Positions 42,590 through 57,324 of a stretch of 64,000 nt of DNA are shown piece by piece; the stretch's first letter is position 1; each line of letters starts with the position of its first letter. The position numbers and the translations under genes are program-made. The stretch is from Eledone cirrhosa (Eukaryota): the NCBI GenBank assembly GCA_964016885.1, contig OZ024741.1:203484001-203548000 (forward strand), written 5' to 3'. The notes beneath the pieces were generated by a model. It was not told the DNA's origin and searched no databases. It saw only the letters and a program-made list of their open reading frames with translations.

Positions 42590-43815
42590 GTTATACTTGG
42601 GGAGGGTCATATTTGTGTAATATTGCCAGAATTAATAACAGAACACACTCAGTGTTTGGTTGGTTTTCGCTTCTCGCTTCTGTGTCTTTTATATCGGTAA
42701 TCTAACTTACTCGGTCCTCAATGTTGCCATTGACTGACCGACGGTCAAAAATAATACAGATACAATATAGACACAAACACATATATATAGTTTATCATAA
42801 ATCTTTCGTTGCACATCTGCAACATCGTCAGTGGTGCTATATTTTCCTCCTGTTGTATTGTATGTCTACGCCATTTTTATTCAGTCTGTCTATATATTTA
42901 TTTATTTATTTGCTTGTTTGTTTATTTTATTTTGTCTTCTTTGCGCATGCGTTTGCGTGTGTGTATAGTGTTTTGTTTGCTGTGTGATGGGTGACTAGTG
43001 TGTGTTTATGTGCTTGTTGTTATTGTGCTTGTGTATGTATTTATTTATTTATTTATTTTATTTTATTTACTTATTTATACTTCTCTTAGGTCAGTGTTGT
43101 TTGTTTGGGTGTTGTTGTTATTCCATTAATTCTTTCTGTTTAGTCTTGGTCTTCTAATTTCTGTTTCACTGGCCTCTCTGATTTGCCTATCTGCTGGGTC
43201 ATTTCTATGTTTAGATATTATTCTAATTTGTATGTTGTCTATGTTACCGTCATGTTGTTGTCTAGCATGTTCGTATAGTACTGACCCGTTTTTTCGTCCT
43301 TTTAGTTCCCCCCAGTGTTGGTCTATCCTTTCACCTATGCTACGAGCTGTCTCACCTATGTATGTTGTTGTCATGTTTCTGCAAGTACCCTCTGTACATC
43401 TTATGCTATAGACTACGTTTCTAGTTTTACAGTTTATCCGGGGGTTCACCTTACATATGATACATTTCCTATTGGTACAGTGGGTTTTCTTAAAAGGGTA
43501 GGTTTTGCTGATCAGGGATTTTATGGTGGTTCCTGGCTTTTCTACCACCTTTATTTTTAAGTGGGTCTTTCTCGGGGCCTTTCTACACTGGTTAGCTAAT
43601 TTCCCTCCAGGAGTAGCGTCCACAAACATGACACTCTGGTATTTCTGGTTGTCGTACCATGAGGTGGCTTTCACTATCTTATGTCTAGCCCTATCTAAGC
43701 TATTCCATGATTTGCTCCTGTATAATGGGCAAATTCCTTTCATGTCCAGTTCTATGAGGGTCTTATACTTCTCCATGGCTCCTTCGTATACTCTGACTCT
43801 GTCTCTCTTTGGTTG
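42590..43815 (-). mobile_element. Penelope-like element family B (related to A), 5'-truncated at (TA)n
   Basis: ORF 43126-~43815: [45 protein letters not shown]; the 3' pLTR carries an HHR. Confidence 0.88.
42795..42834 (-). ncRNA. Minimal hammerhead ribozyme in PLE family B pLTR
   Basis: Reverse complement: CCA CTGACGA T GTTGCA GATG TGCAAC GAAA GAT TTA TGA; perfect 6-bp stem II. Confidence 0.75.
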
Positions 43816-43893
43816 TAGCCATATATATATATGCATATATATATACATACATATATATATACATACATATATATATATATATAAAATTTTATA

Positions 43894-43985
<92 letters not shown>

Positions 43986-44029
43986 TATTTATATTTATAT
44001 ACATATATATATATACATATATATATATA

Positions 44030-44314
44030 CGATATATTAACAAATGGAAACTATATTTGTAAAACCATATTTATTTCATTATACATATTTCAAGGACACC
44101 AAGTCAAATTATGGTACGCTTTCATCAGATAAAATATAATATAGTCAGTTTTATAAATAAATATTGACATACCCTTAAAGAATGCGACCATTTCTTTTGG
44201 AAGCTCCCAGGAGCTTCCAACAGATATTATATCACATTTTATCTGATGAAAGCGCACCATAATTTGACTTGGTGTCCTTGAAATATGTATAATGAAATAA
44301 ATATGGTTTTATAA

Positions 44315-44318
<4 letters not shown>
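44030..44318. repeat. Short fold-back with HHR-like motif (44239-44293 +); related copy 56120-56330
   Basis: Arms ~44057-44135 / 44236-44315; TTAT CTGATGA AAG CGCACC...GGTGTC CTT GAAA TATG TA TAA. Confidence 0.6.
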
Positions 44319-44395
<77 letters not shown>

Positions 44396-46448
44396 GGAAA
44401 TTTAGTAAAATAGAATCTCTGGCGGTTTGCGCGCAAATTTGGCCTACTTATATGAAATGATGAGTTAGCAAAGCACTCGATAAGGTAGGCCCTTAGAGTA
44501 ATAACATACGTTTAAATAGCTTGACAAATCGAACATTGTGGTAGGCAAAATCTAACACACAATAATATACCAAAGTAACGATAGAACTAACAGGTTGAGA
44601 AAAATACACCTGGACAAATCAAACGATTATACGTTTAAAGTGTTTCTTTGAATCCGAAATCAAATATCAGACTTACGTGACTGGCAAGCTCGTGGTATTC
44701 ATGATCGAACAGAGGATTCAGTTTTTCAACAGGTTTTCGTTCTACCCAGGACGGGGTGATAGGCTAAATGTTGCCGCTAGATGCAGCGTATCGTATCTAT
44801 AGCTGTCACGTGTTAATTCCAACAAGGGAAATAACCCCCGGTTTTTGGCGGCTCATTCAAAATGTTAGACAAAGGAAATATTTTAATTTCCGCTAATCAT
44901 CATGATAAGCTCTCGACTAGATGTTATAAAACAAACACAAATAATTAACCAATCAACAGAATTGACTAATTAAATTAATTAGTTAATTATTAAATCTAGG
45001 AGAATAATATATAGTGAAGGCGTGTGGCTGAGTGGTTAGAGAACTGGATTCGCAATCGTGAGATGCGTTATGTCCTTTATTTGACGTTGCTCCTTCTACC
45101 TGGAGTTGCGACCGATAGATTGTATTAGCAATTGGAAAGACCAAAGGAAACATTGTTTCTTCGGTCCGATTTGACGAAAGTCGATCGACTTCTATATATA
45201 TATAATTGTTTCTACTTTAGGCACAAGGCCAGCAATTACCCAGTGCATTACTGGTACTTTATTTTATCGACCCTGTAAGGATGAAAGGCAAAGTCAACCT
45301 CGGCCTATATATATATAATGTTATATATATATATATATTTATATATATATGTGTCTCTATTATATCTGTATTTTTGAGTTGGTCAGTCAATGGCAACATT
45401 GAGGACCGAATAAATTAAATTAACCGATATAAAGACACAGAAGCGAAAACCAACCAAACAGTGAGTGTGTTCTGTTATTAATTCTGGCAATATTATTACA
45501 CAAATATAACCCTCCCCAAGTATATTTATATACATATATGTACTCTATGTGTTTTTGCATTTATTCATTTATTAGTTTTTTTCTTTTGTGTACGTTATAT
45601 CGTTTTTTTGTTTTGTTCCATGTGATGGAAATTCTAACTATGTACCCGACTAACTACTACTTCTCATACTGTAATTTACCCTCCGTTCTACTGTACGGTA
45701 CTATCGTTCAGTATGTAGATAATATAACTGTAACATTAATACCCATTTCAAAACTTCTTACTTAAACATCTCTCTGCATATTATTTACTCACTTCAATCT
45801 ATATTTTTTTTACTCACCTCAATCCAGATTCTCACCTGAAAAATGTTTAATTTTTAATTGTTAATTTTTAATTTCTAATTTTTAATATTTGATTTCTGAT
45901 TTTCGATTTTAAATTTTAATTTTCAGTTCTAATTTCCAACTCTCATTCATAACTTCCACTGTGAAACCATGATACCTAGAATTAAGTATATTTTCTCTTA
46001 GAGGTTGATGGTCAATTATACTGTCCATGCTTACTGAGAGGTAGTATTGAGACCTATAGATACTCACACTCTCCCATCCCCACTGGCTTTCGACTGACTG
46101 CCACGGACGGGATAGGTAGCAGTAAGCTATATTACAGGCCTAAATTGGTCATTGTTTGGCTGAGAGGGGGAACTGACTAAGCGAATTTCGTTGAAATCTG
46201 AGGTAGCTAATGGTCAACTTCCTTCGGACTTGCGCCTGCCCAGACCGGTGGGGGTGAATTGGTACTCACAGAGGAATGTCGATTCAATTTGGATTGCCTC
46301 GGAAACATAACCTTATTATGTAACAAGCTGTCTGACGATGTCGCGACACTGGCGCACGGAACAGTGTGGCCACTGTCGCCATTGAAATATATATCACAGC
46401 ATTATTATTAAAAGACTTGAACATCTGAAACTACTTCGCTTTTCCTTA

Positions 46449-46482
<34 letters not shown>

Positions 46483-46502
46483 GTGTGTATATATGCATGT
46501 AT

Positions 46503-46543
<41 letters not shown>

Positions 46544-46615
46544 AATTTATAAATATATGTATATATATATATGTATGTATATATATATATATATGTGTGT
46601 GTGTAAATACGTGTG

Positions 46616-46697
<82 letters not shown>

Positions 46698-46711
46698 TAT
46701 ATATATCTATA

Positions 46712-46753
<42 letters not shown>

Positions 46754-48942
46754 TATTTACACATATACTGCATTTAGTGTTAAGTGTGTGTGTTCCTTGT
46801 TCATGCAGTCCCTAGCACCGCTTCCCATTTTGGACAGGAAGCGCTTACTATTTTCGCTATATATAACCTCCTGAGAGAGTCTCGCACACTACATGAACCA
46901 CTTTCACCTCTTCTATCTCCACTGTCACCCACCACCACGAAAGCAAAGAATGTCTTTGTGCACCATACAGCAAAGAAACAGGATCTCCCAGCTTTCCCTT
47001 CTAATGCCTGCCGGTGTTGTTGGTCATTTGCCAGAAGGTTCACCATGAAGGCCCCCCCCCCCCACACACACACACATACACCTACAAAACTTCCCTCAAA
47101 CAAAGTGATTCTGTTAACTGTATCCAAAATAATAACAACGTTCCCATTGCACACACAAGAAATATTCCATATTTCAATTGCTCTTTCTCCATCCCATCGG
47201 TCACACTTTTGAGGGTATTTCAATAGTTTCAACACAACTACACGACTGGACATGATTGTTCCCCTTCTCTTTAAAACCAAACAGCTCACCCTAGAACAAT
47301 ATATTTTCTTTGTCAAACATTCAGTCTTTCTATGTATCTTGGGAACTATGAAGAATAACGATTTTTTATTTAGGCACAATGCCATTATTTTGAGGGAAGG
47401 AAAAAATCGACCCCAGTGCTTGACTGGTACTTTATTTTATCGAGTCTGAAAGGATCAAAGAGAAAGTTAACCGCGGCTAGATTTGAACTCTGGCCGTAAG
47501 GTGTTGTAACTAAATGCCGTAAAGCATTTTGTCCGAGGTTCTAACGATTCTGGACAGATCAAATTATCTACAAAATACCCTATCATCTTTTCTTTACAAA
47601 ATACCGTTTCATTCTATCTTTCTCAAAGAGGGCGACAAAAATGGTGCCATCAAGAAATAAGTGATAAATGTTAAGTGAAGTTAACAGTTTTTGAGTATGT
47701 TTTTAAATGGCTAAAATATCTCTTCCCGGTGTAATTTCTTTAGTTTCAACTCAGTCTCAGATATTTAGTTGGAATTATAACAAAACTGATTTGCTGCATG
47801 TATGTAGTCAGATTAATAACAAAATATGCCAAGAATTAGCTTCTATATTGTCAGAAAAAAGGAAAATAATGGGTTCCACTTTTGGCATAATGTCATCAAT
47901 TTTGCCGGGGGATGGGGCGATTAAGTTGGCCCCAGTATTTGACTGGTGCATTATTCTATCACTCTTGGAAGCATAAAAGGTAAAGTTGAACCTAGTCAGA
48001 TTTGAACTCAGAACATAAAGAATCGTAACTAAATACTGCATATTGTTTTGTCCCATGCTTTACCAATCCTAGCAATCCATGAAAATATTATTAGTAGTTA
48101 CGTCCCTTTACGATCTGAGTTCAAATCCCGCCGAGGTGGACTTTGCCTTTCATCCTTACGGGATCGATAAAATAAAAGTACCAGTAATGCACTGGGTAAT
48201 TGCTGGCCTTGTGCCAAAATTAGAAACAATTATTAGTCATTGTCTGAAACTGTTTTTTCATCACCACACATTCATTTCTAATCAGTCATTTAACGCTTTA
48301 TTTATTAAATATGATAACACTAATTTATTGTGTTTCATGCCGATGACACCTTTTTAAATAATTCTATTTTACTACACCAAAACTATCTCGGTACATAAAG
48401 GCAAACTATGCTTTGATGAGGTAAACTTACAGAAAATATGACCAGTAAATTGGCAGAGTGGTTAGGATATCGGATAGAATGTTTCATGGTATTCGTTTTA
48501 ATTCCTTGCGCTCTGAATTTAAATACCACTGATATCAACTTTGCCAATTTCGATGTCAATAAATTGAGAATCAGTCTGTCTAATATTGAGGTCAATTTTT
48601 CCCCTTTCTTCCCCCTATCTCCCCCTCTCTATTCCCATTTCTTTCCTCTTTTCCCCGAGAGAAATCAGCTTTGTTAAAATCTGGAGAGCTATGGGCTCAG
48701 CCAGGTTTTAAATACCAAAGACTTGCCGAGTATCACGACAGCGTCACTACTACTCCAACAGGAGTTAAGGGCTCATAGGAAAAATACTTTATGAATATCT
48801 GAAATCGCAAAAATGAAAAAAATATACACAGACACACACATATAAGGAGCGCCAAGAATATTCTTGTTAAAGGCTTTCACGTTTGATGCCTATATTACTA
48901 TAGTACAGGTAATATATACTATAGTACAGGTAATATATACTA

Positions 48943-50517
48943 CCAGTTGAGGTACCCAGCTTCGCCAAGGTTAACAAATAAGAGAAGACCGGCAGAAGAG
49001 AAAACGTCTGTATTGAATGCATTGTCTTGTTTACAGTGTGTGTGTATTGTGTGTGTGTGTGTATGTTTGTGTTTGTTTGTGTATATATATATATGTGTGT
49101 GTGTATGTGAGTGTTCGTGTGTGTGTGTGTATATATATGTGTGTGTGTGTTATATATATGTATGTGTGTGTATATATATATGTGTGTGTGTGTATATGTA
49201 TGTGTGTGTGTGCATGTGTGAGTGTGAGTGTGTGTGCGTGTGCGTGTGTGTGCGTGTGTGTGTAATCCAACGTTGGAATCGGAGACATAGGCCGCGAAAC
49301 ACGATCATCACTGACAACGAACTCGTAGAGAGAATCCCTTATGGTTGATTGCCAACCTGCTAGAAATAGCAGTCAGGTTGGTTAGCACACGTGGTATGTC
49401 TTTCTTCTTCTTTAGTGTCATAAAATTAGTGTCAATAAACTTTCCTGGATATACTCTTATCCCAATCCTGTACATACTTTCCGATTGTCACTTTTCGTTT
49501 TTTCGTGTGATACGCGAAGGAACCAACCAACAAACATCTCTCTTTTATATCTCTTTTATTTGTTCATTCAAAATATTTTTCAGCTAATTCTGTCGTACAA
49601 TATACATCAGCAATCGTTATCTAATGTTTAAAACATATGAATAACTGCGATATATGCGCCATATCAATCAAAAACGATATGAGAATTGAATACCACACTA
49701 AAGCGCCAGTAAGCTTGCTAAGAATCTGCAGATAGAAATGTTAATAAATACATTTGGCTTGGGTAAACTTTAAGATGTTCTTTCATTGTAGGTTTCTTTT
49801 CTCCTTCTCTTCTTCCTCTCCTCTTCCTTAGCTCACCCTAGAGCATCCTACATACAATTGACCATGGTTTTCTCAGATGAAGGCCACCCACTTTTAGGGT
49901 TTGACCCTGAGCTTTGTTGATGGTAATCGCGAAGCTTAGTCTCTCTGTTGCTCTAGAAACATTTTTTCTTCTGGAAAATCTGATCTTGCGGCCAGGCTAA
50001 GACTTTTTGGGTGGCATATCGGCAGTAACAATGACGATAAGCCGTCTGTGCTTTCGTGAAATAAATACGTTTGTTTATATTTTGTTTTTGTGTATGCAAA
50101 AATATCTATACACGAATACATAATTATATATACATATTAAAATAGCAGATTAAAGTTTAAGCAAAGAATCGCTGCTTTCACCCTTAACGGATCTTCTGAA
50201 ACTAAAAAAATCAATCTGTAGACGCAGAAGTAAATATTTCGAAAAACGTTGCAACCGAAAGAAAACAGGAAGATTATACTTTGGTTCGTGAATACATTAG
50301 GAATGTCGTATAACCGGAAGTGTTGACATTTGAAATTTTAAAGAAGTGAATATTTAAATAATCTCTTTAATCTTTTAACAAAATTAAGTAGACAAAAATA
50401 CTTCCACTTTCATACTTGGAAAAAGTTACATCTATGGTGCAAATTTGGTGCCGTTTGGTCCAGCCACTTGGCGGAAAGTTTGTTACATACATACACCCGT
50501 CATCTTTATATTATAGA
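48943..50517 (-). mobile_element. Non-autonomous Helitron inserted at A|T in a minisatellite
   Basis: On the minus strand it begins TCTATAATATAAA and ends with an imperfect hairpin + CTGG (CTRR). The flanks GTAATATATACTA|TGTGATT rejoin into the minisatellite unit with no TSD. Confidence 0.72.
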
Positions 50518-50875
50518 TGTGATTGTATTGAACCTATAGTTCTATTGTATAGGTAATATATAATATGAGATTCATTGAACTTATAATGTTATAGTATAGG
50601 TAATATATACTATGTGATTCCATTGATCCTATAATATAGTACTATAGTATAGGAAATATATCCTATGTGACTCCATTGATCCTATTCTACAGTACTATAG
50701 TATAGGTAATATATACTATGTAACTCCATTGATCCTATACTATAGTACTGTAGTATAGGTAAATATATTGATGAGTCCATTGATTCTATAGTGTAGTACT
50801 ATAACACCATATGTAGTATTTATCATTTGCATCCATTGATACTATCGTGTAGTAATATATATATTATGTGATTCC
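50518..50875. repeat. ~53-bp AT-rich minisatellite (left remnant 48897-48942)
   Basis: CCATTGAT recurs at ~50620, 50673, 50726, 50777; unit contains TATAGTATAGGTAATATATACTATGTGA. Confidence 0.75.
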
Positions 50876-51845
50876 GACGAACAATTAGAAGTCCTCTCTG
50901 GAGCTATAAATGTAGTTGTAATTAACGTCGCCAGTAACGTCGTTGCGCTGTTTTCAATCAACGAAAAGGAAATCGTGGCTTGTCTGGGGAATTTCACAAA
51001 TAATTATCAGTAAATCGCCAGTGCAATTATTTGAGGTTTGTATTGAAAGAATCCCAGCAGGATATTTTACAGCGCTTTGGGGTTCAACGCACAGTGTCTC
51101 TATGACAGCAGACGTACGACATGCCGCTTGCTGTATCAACCATAGAATAGAGCCATTCAATAGGAGCCCCTTCGAATGGCTTTGTTGCCCAAATTTAAGA
51201 CGCGTGTTTGGGGCTTGTCATGGTGTATATATGCCTGGATAGCTTCTCTGATACATTTTAGGGGCATGCTGGGACATCATTTCTGTTCTTTTTCTGAAAA
51301 ACTCAGCAAATTTGTTAGATATCGAGTCAGGGTAGAAAAAGAACAGGGAAGCGGAAAGAGTGAAGATTTTTAATTAATGAAGATATGAAGTAAGTGAGGA
51401 TGAGAAATAGTGGAAGAAGAGAGAGAGAGAGAGTAAGAGATAATGAAATAGAGAAGGGGGAGAGAAGGAGAAAGAAAGAGAGAGGAGAGGGAAAGAGAAA
51501 AAATGGAGAAAAAGAGAGGGAGAGGGAGAAAGAGAGATTGAAAGATAAACGGAGAGGTATATAAACAAACAATCAGATACAGTGATATATTTCTGTTATC
51601 AATCTTTTCTTTTCGCTATCCCACATCCATTTCATTCTTATAGCAAACCTCTCTCCTTATTTCTCTGCCTGTCCACTGCCTGCCATAGTTATATTCATTT
51701 ATGTATTTACTTCATTACACTTGCTGCACTTCTCGGCCCCGATAGATATATTGTAACAGTAATTCATCCCATATCTCTAACGATTCTATTCAAGAATCTT
51801 CCCCTACTAATGTAATATTCTTACCTAACTCTTCTGAACCGTATA

Positions 51846-52192
51846 CAGTAGTCTCCCGGTATTCGCGGGGTTGCGTTCCGAACGCACCCGCGAAGAGTGA
51901 AAAACCGCGAATATGTGGTCCATAAAAATTGATATTAACGTCAAAATATAACGTAAAATATAATAAAAAAAGAGGGAGGATCTAAGGCGTATAGGCGTCC
52001 AATAGGCTTGCAAATACGGTATATTGTTATTAATGATTTAGCGTTAAAAAATATATATTGCCACGAAAAAAGCCATTAAAAAAATCGCGGAAGATATTTA
52101 CGATTCCGCGAATATGCGGTGGTTTCTACGAACACTTAAGTTCTAAGGAAAATACCGCGAATAACTGGTACCGCGAACTCCGGGGTATAGTG
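51846..52192. mobile_element. Tigger/pogo-type (Tc1/mariner) MITE
   Basis: TA-flanked with imperfect TIRs CAGTAGTCTCCCGGTATTCGCGG / CCGCGAACTCCGGGGTATAGTG and repeated CCGCGAA motifs. Confidence 0.65.
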
Positions 52193-53049
52193 TAGTTTCT
52201 TTCTAGAAGCCATTTCTTGATCAAGGCTTCTTTCCTACGATTTTTACGCATATTTTTTTTTGCTATAAACTCTTTGTGTTAATTATCCTCTTTACGGTGT
52301 ATGCCTATGTACACATTATCCTTTTCCTTATATTTCTAATGAAAGACTGCCAATCATTTTGAAAATAGTCAAACATTTAGATAAGTTTTAGTAATATAAC
52401 TAACTTTCTCATTATTAAATTGATATTTTGAGCATAACTTAACAAAGGATCTTACACAAAATTATGACAAAATCTTTAGATAACTATAAACACTAGGGGC
52501 GGTTTCGGACTGTTTAGTATGAAAAGGTTAACCCTTTTGATATCTTCAGTATCAACATTACTATTTCATTCAATGTTTCACAGATGATTTCTCGTTGCCA
52601 CCACCACCCCCTCTTCCTCTCTGTGTAACACCCAAATCCTTTATCGTAGCCAGGGTGTCAATATCTTATAATTGTTATACATTGTGTGAGTTGGTGAGTG
52701 GTAAAAGAGCGGAAATGATTGTTCAGCGAGAGTGACTGCTAGAGATGTTTTGTCAGTTAATAGGATGTGGACGGCCATCAAAATAGGGAATCTTGTGCAG
52801 CTTGAAGGGAGCAAGCTATCATACAGCTAGGGAGTCTTGTACAGCTTGAAGGGAGCAGCTAGCAGGTGCGTTCCCTGCTGTGAACTATCGACCGAAGAAG
52901 ACACAAGTAACAATACAGTAGTAACAAAACATTGGATAGTATGTTTTTCGGTATTCGTTTCAGGTTACTACGTTCTGACTTCAAATCCCACCAAGGCCAA
53001 CTTTACCTTTCAGCCCTTGGGGGTTGATAATTAAAGTACCCGTCTCACC

Positions 53050-53538
<489 letters not shown>

Positions 53539-53561
53539 ACACACACACACATACACACACA

Positions 53562-53592
<31 letters not shown>

Positions 53593-53624
53593 GCATACAT
53601 ACATACATACATACATACATACAT

Positions 53625-55765
53625 GGTACAAAAAACTAATATTCTATCGGAGGTATCTTACTGACCTCTACCAACAAGTTCTTAAGGGAGATACACTTAT
53701 ACCAGAATGGTTGACATTAACACAAACGTTACTGGTCCCCAAGAACAAAGATACCCACTTGGCAAAAAACTACCGACCCATTGCATGCCAGAACCTGATG
53801 TATAAGATGTATACAGCCTGCCTCAACCTATTCCTCCAAGATCACTGTGAAAATAATAACATCATCACAGATGAACAAGCAGCTGGAAAGAAAAGGGTTT
53901 GGGGATGTGCTGAACAACTCCTAATCAACAAAACTGCGATGTCGGAGGTGCCACAACTTAGGAGGAATATGACTACAGTCTGGCTGGACTACAAGAAAGC
54001 TTTCGATTCTGTTCCCCACTCTTGGATGATAGAGGCCCTCCAACTTGCTAAAGTCCCAGACATTATTGTGAGAGCCATAGAGAGGCTGTCTTCTTCTTGG
54101 GCTACTATCCTAAGGTTAAAGACAGAGAGGGAGGACACTATTTTCACTGATAAAATAAAATATTGCAGGGGTATATTTCAGGGGGACAGTCTCTCTGTGA
54201 TATTGTTCATCTTGTCATTAAACCCCTTGTCCTTTCTGCTCAAGAAATGTGAGGGATACATCATTGGCTCACAGGAGGACAGAAATACAAACCTAACCCA
54301 TAACTTCTTTGTGGACGATCTGAAACTCTATGCCAAGAACATGGATGGGATGAAGAAAAATCTTGACCTGGTTACAACGTTCTCAAAGGATATAGGAATG
54401 GAGTTTGGCCAAGATAAATGCTCATACATAACTGTAAAGCGGGGGAAAACAACAACCCAATCTAGCAACATTGTCATCAATGGTCTAACTGTTTCACCGA
54501 TATCTGATGAGGACTGCTACAGATACCTGGGGATAGATGAGAACATATCCTATAATGGTATCTGTAATAAAGAACGCGTAACCAGGGAATACTACACCCG
54601 ATTAAGAAAGATCTGGTCATCGGAACTCTCTGCGCAAAACAAAACAGTGGCTCACAATGTGTTTGCTGTGCCTGTCCTAACACCAACGTTTGGAATACTC
54701 AATTGGACGATAGACGAAATCCGAGCAGTTGATGTTGGAACTCGAAAAATACTGAACAACACCGGAAACTTCCACATCAACAGTGACATAGACCGCCTTT
54801 ACTTGAAACGTAAGCAGGGAGGCAGAGGCCTAACATCAGTCCAGACAACATTTGAATGTCGCATCATATCTCTCCGACAACATCTACGAACCTCGAAGCG
54901 TAGGAGCCCGCTTCTCGAGCAAGTCTATCTGCATGAAACAGATAAGATCATGAGAGTTGGGAAGGAACTCCTTGAGAGATATTCCCTGTGTGATAATCAA
55001 AAACTCACACCCAGGGATGTCGCTCAGCAGTATGGCAGTGAATCCATGGATGAAAAACTGCATGCCTATCAGCAAAAAATCATGCATGGAAGCTCCAGAG
55101 TGAGAGTAATATAGATAAGGAAAGTAGTCTATCTTGGACCAACAACCGCTATATTGGCTCCCACTTTGAAGGATACGCTTTTGTAATCCAAGAACAGGAG
55201 ATTAGCACGAAATACCTGATTCACAAAAGAGATAGGGATGCAGGCAAAACACCTAGATGTGATAACAAGTGCAGACTCTGCATAACTAACATCGAGGATA
55301 TCACCCATGTCATCAGCAGCTGTCCAAAGATGTCGTCACGGTACTATCTACCCATGAGGCATGATGTTGTGGCCAAAACACTGTACAATGCAAACCGTAG
55401 AAAAGATAGCCCCGATAATAAACACATTAAAAGCTACAGTAATGACATCCATATACATAATATGAAAGAGTACTGGTGGAATGTTCCAGTAAAAACCCCA
55501 ATAAAATGCAGGAATAACAGACCAGATATTATGAAAAGGGACAGGGGAAAAGAAAGCATGCACAGTAGTGGAAGTTAGCTGTCCAGCAGATGCCAATATA
55601 ATATCAAAAATTAGCGAAAAGGAGAATATTTATGCAGAACTGATGAGCAATCTGCAGATACTCCAACCTTATTACACCTTCAGATTTATGCCTGTGATTA
55701 TTGGGGCACTGGGTTATGTTAGTAACTGCCTCAATACAAATCTTGAGAAGCTGGGCTTCACAGGA
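53625..55765 (+). mobile_element. 5'-truncated R4/Dong-like non-LTR retrotransposon (RT + CCHC + restriction-like endonuclease), frameshifted near the 3' end
   Basis: KNYRPIAC, WLDYKKAFDSVPH, GIFQGDSLS, FVDDLKLY, YRYLG; downstream frames give CRLC....EDITHVISSC, RHD, NRPDI and EVSCP..K...Y. Confidence 0.9.
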
Positions 55766-56581
55766 ACACGCACTTGTACATTCAGCCCTAGATTCCTATG
55801 GCTCTCTTATCGTCAGAAACATATACTCTTACAGCTAATACAGACCAACAAAATACGCACACTCCACTTTTCCCTTCACAGCTCTTTATACACACACACA
55901 CACCCTTATATTAACATACTTTTGCTCATAGCTTCGTACTTACAAACACACACACTGTTTTACTTAGATATATACATACACATATCCTCTTAGCTTCGTA
56001 CGGACGTATAATAACACACACATACACGCACGTGCGCATACGCACGCGTACAATGTGTGTTATTATATGTCCGTACGAAGCTAAGAGAATGTGTGTATGT
56101 ATATATATATGCATATATATATATATATTAACAAATGGAAACTATATTTATAAAACCATATTTATTTCATTATACATATTTCAAGGATACCAAGTCAAAT
56201 TATGGTATCAGACAAAATACAATACCAAGTCAAATTATGGTATCAGACAAAATACAATATATACCAGTTTTATAAATAGATATTGACGTACCCTTTCAAA
56301 ATGCGACCGTTACTTTTGGAAGACATCAGGATAGTTATAAAAATATTTACTTGTTGTATCCCAACAATTTAAATAGAACTTTTGCATATATATATATATA
56401 TATATATATTTATAGACGCGCCCCATCATCCACGTTTCTAAAAAAATATATCATACATAAAACGCCAGCATCAACAGTTTTCCAAGAGATGGCAACATGA
56501 ATGGACCTGTTATTCTTCTCTAAAAACATTTTTTCCAAATGCACCCCACCCGTCCACTCAATTATCTAATTTCTCCTTCTC

Positions 56582-56617
56582 TCTTCTGATGAAAGACTAG
56601 CGTCTGAAACGTTAAGA
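56582..56617 (+). ncRNA. Minimal type I hammerhead ribozyme, fully paired copy
   Basis: TCTT CTGATGA A AGAC TAGC GTCT GAAA CG TTA AGA. Confidence 0.8.
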
Positions 56618-57324
56618 CTCTCTTCCTGCTATTTCAAGCATTAACCTAATATATTCCTTCCATATACTGTACCGATTGTGTTGTTTCTGTTTACCTTTTG
56701 CACACACACACATACACACACGCACATATATATACACACGGTATATAGTGTATTTATAGCTTATATATATAGTGTATATATATACTTTGGGACGTACCTG
56801 CACTAAGCTGTATCGGTTTTTGTCTTTCCTTTGGACAACATTCGTGGTGTGAAAAGAGAGACTTGCATGCATGAGTGACCGTAGATATTTCGTTAAAAAC
56901 TTCTCTCAAGAGGGAACGTCCCATGTGTAGATTTTATGAAGGCCCCATGAAAAGTGTGTCTCTCTTGTTTGCGTATTGTTTCATATTCACATCTTTCGAG
57001 TGTCTGTTGTTTTTCATCACTTCGATATTGAGAAAATATATATCAATATCTTCGATTCATCTAAAGCAAGACAAGAGGACCCTTTTGGTCATGATCAGTC
57101 AAGGGCTTGCTCCTGGAAAGTTCTTCACCAAGACACAAGACTGGGAAAATGTTTTGTGGAAGAGCAACTGTCATATGTAGTTGCTCCCGTCTCCATGAAA
57201 CTAAAGTAGTCCAAAGGAAAGATAAAAGCCGACAGTTCGCCACATATATACACTAAATATACACTATATATGTACAATATATACACTATAAGCAATATAT
57301 ATATATATATACATTGAATACACA

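Noticed and set aside
46784-47385. Overlapping ORFs of 142 and 194 aa; KNVFVHHTA resembles a cold-shock RNP motif
   Set aside because: The similarity is limited to a few residues, the rest of the domain is absent, and the ORF runs through a C/CA microsatellite.
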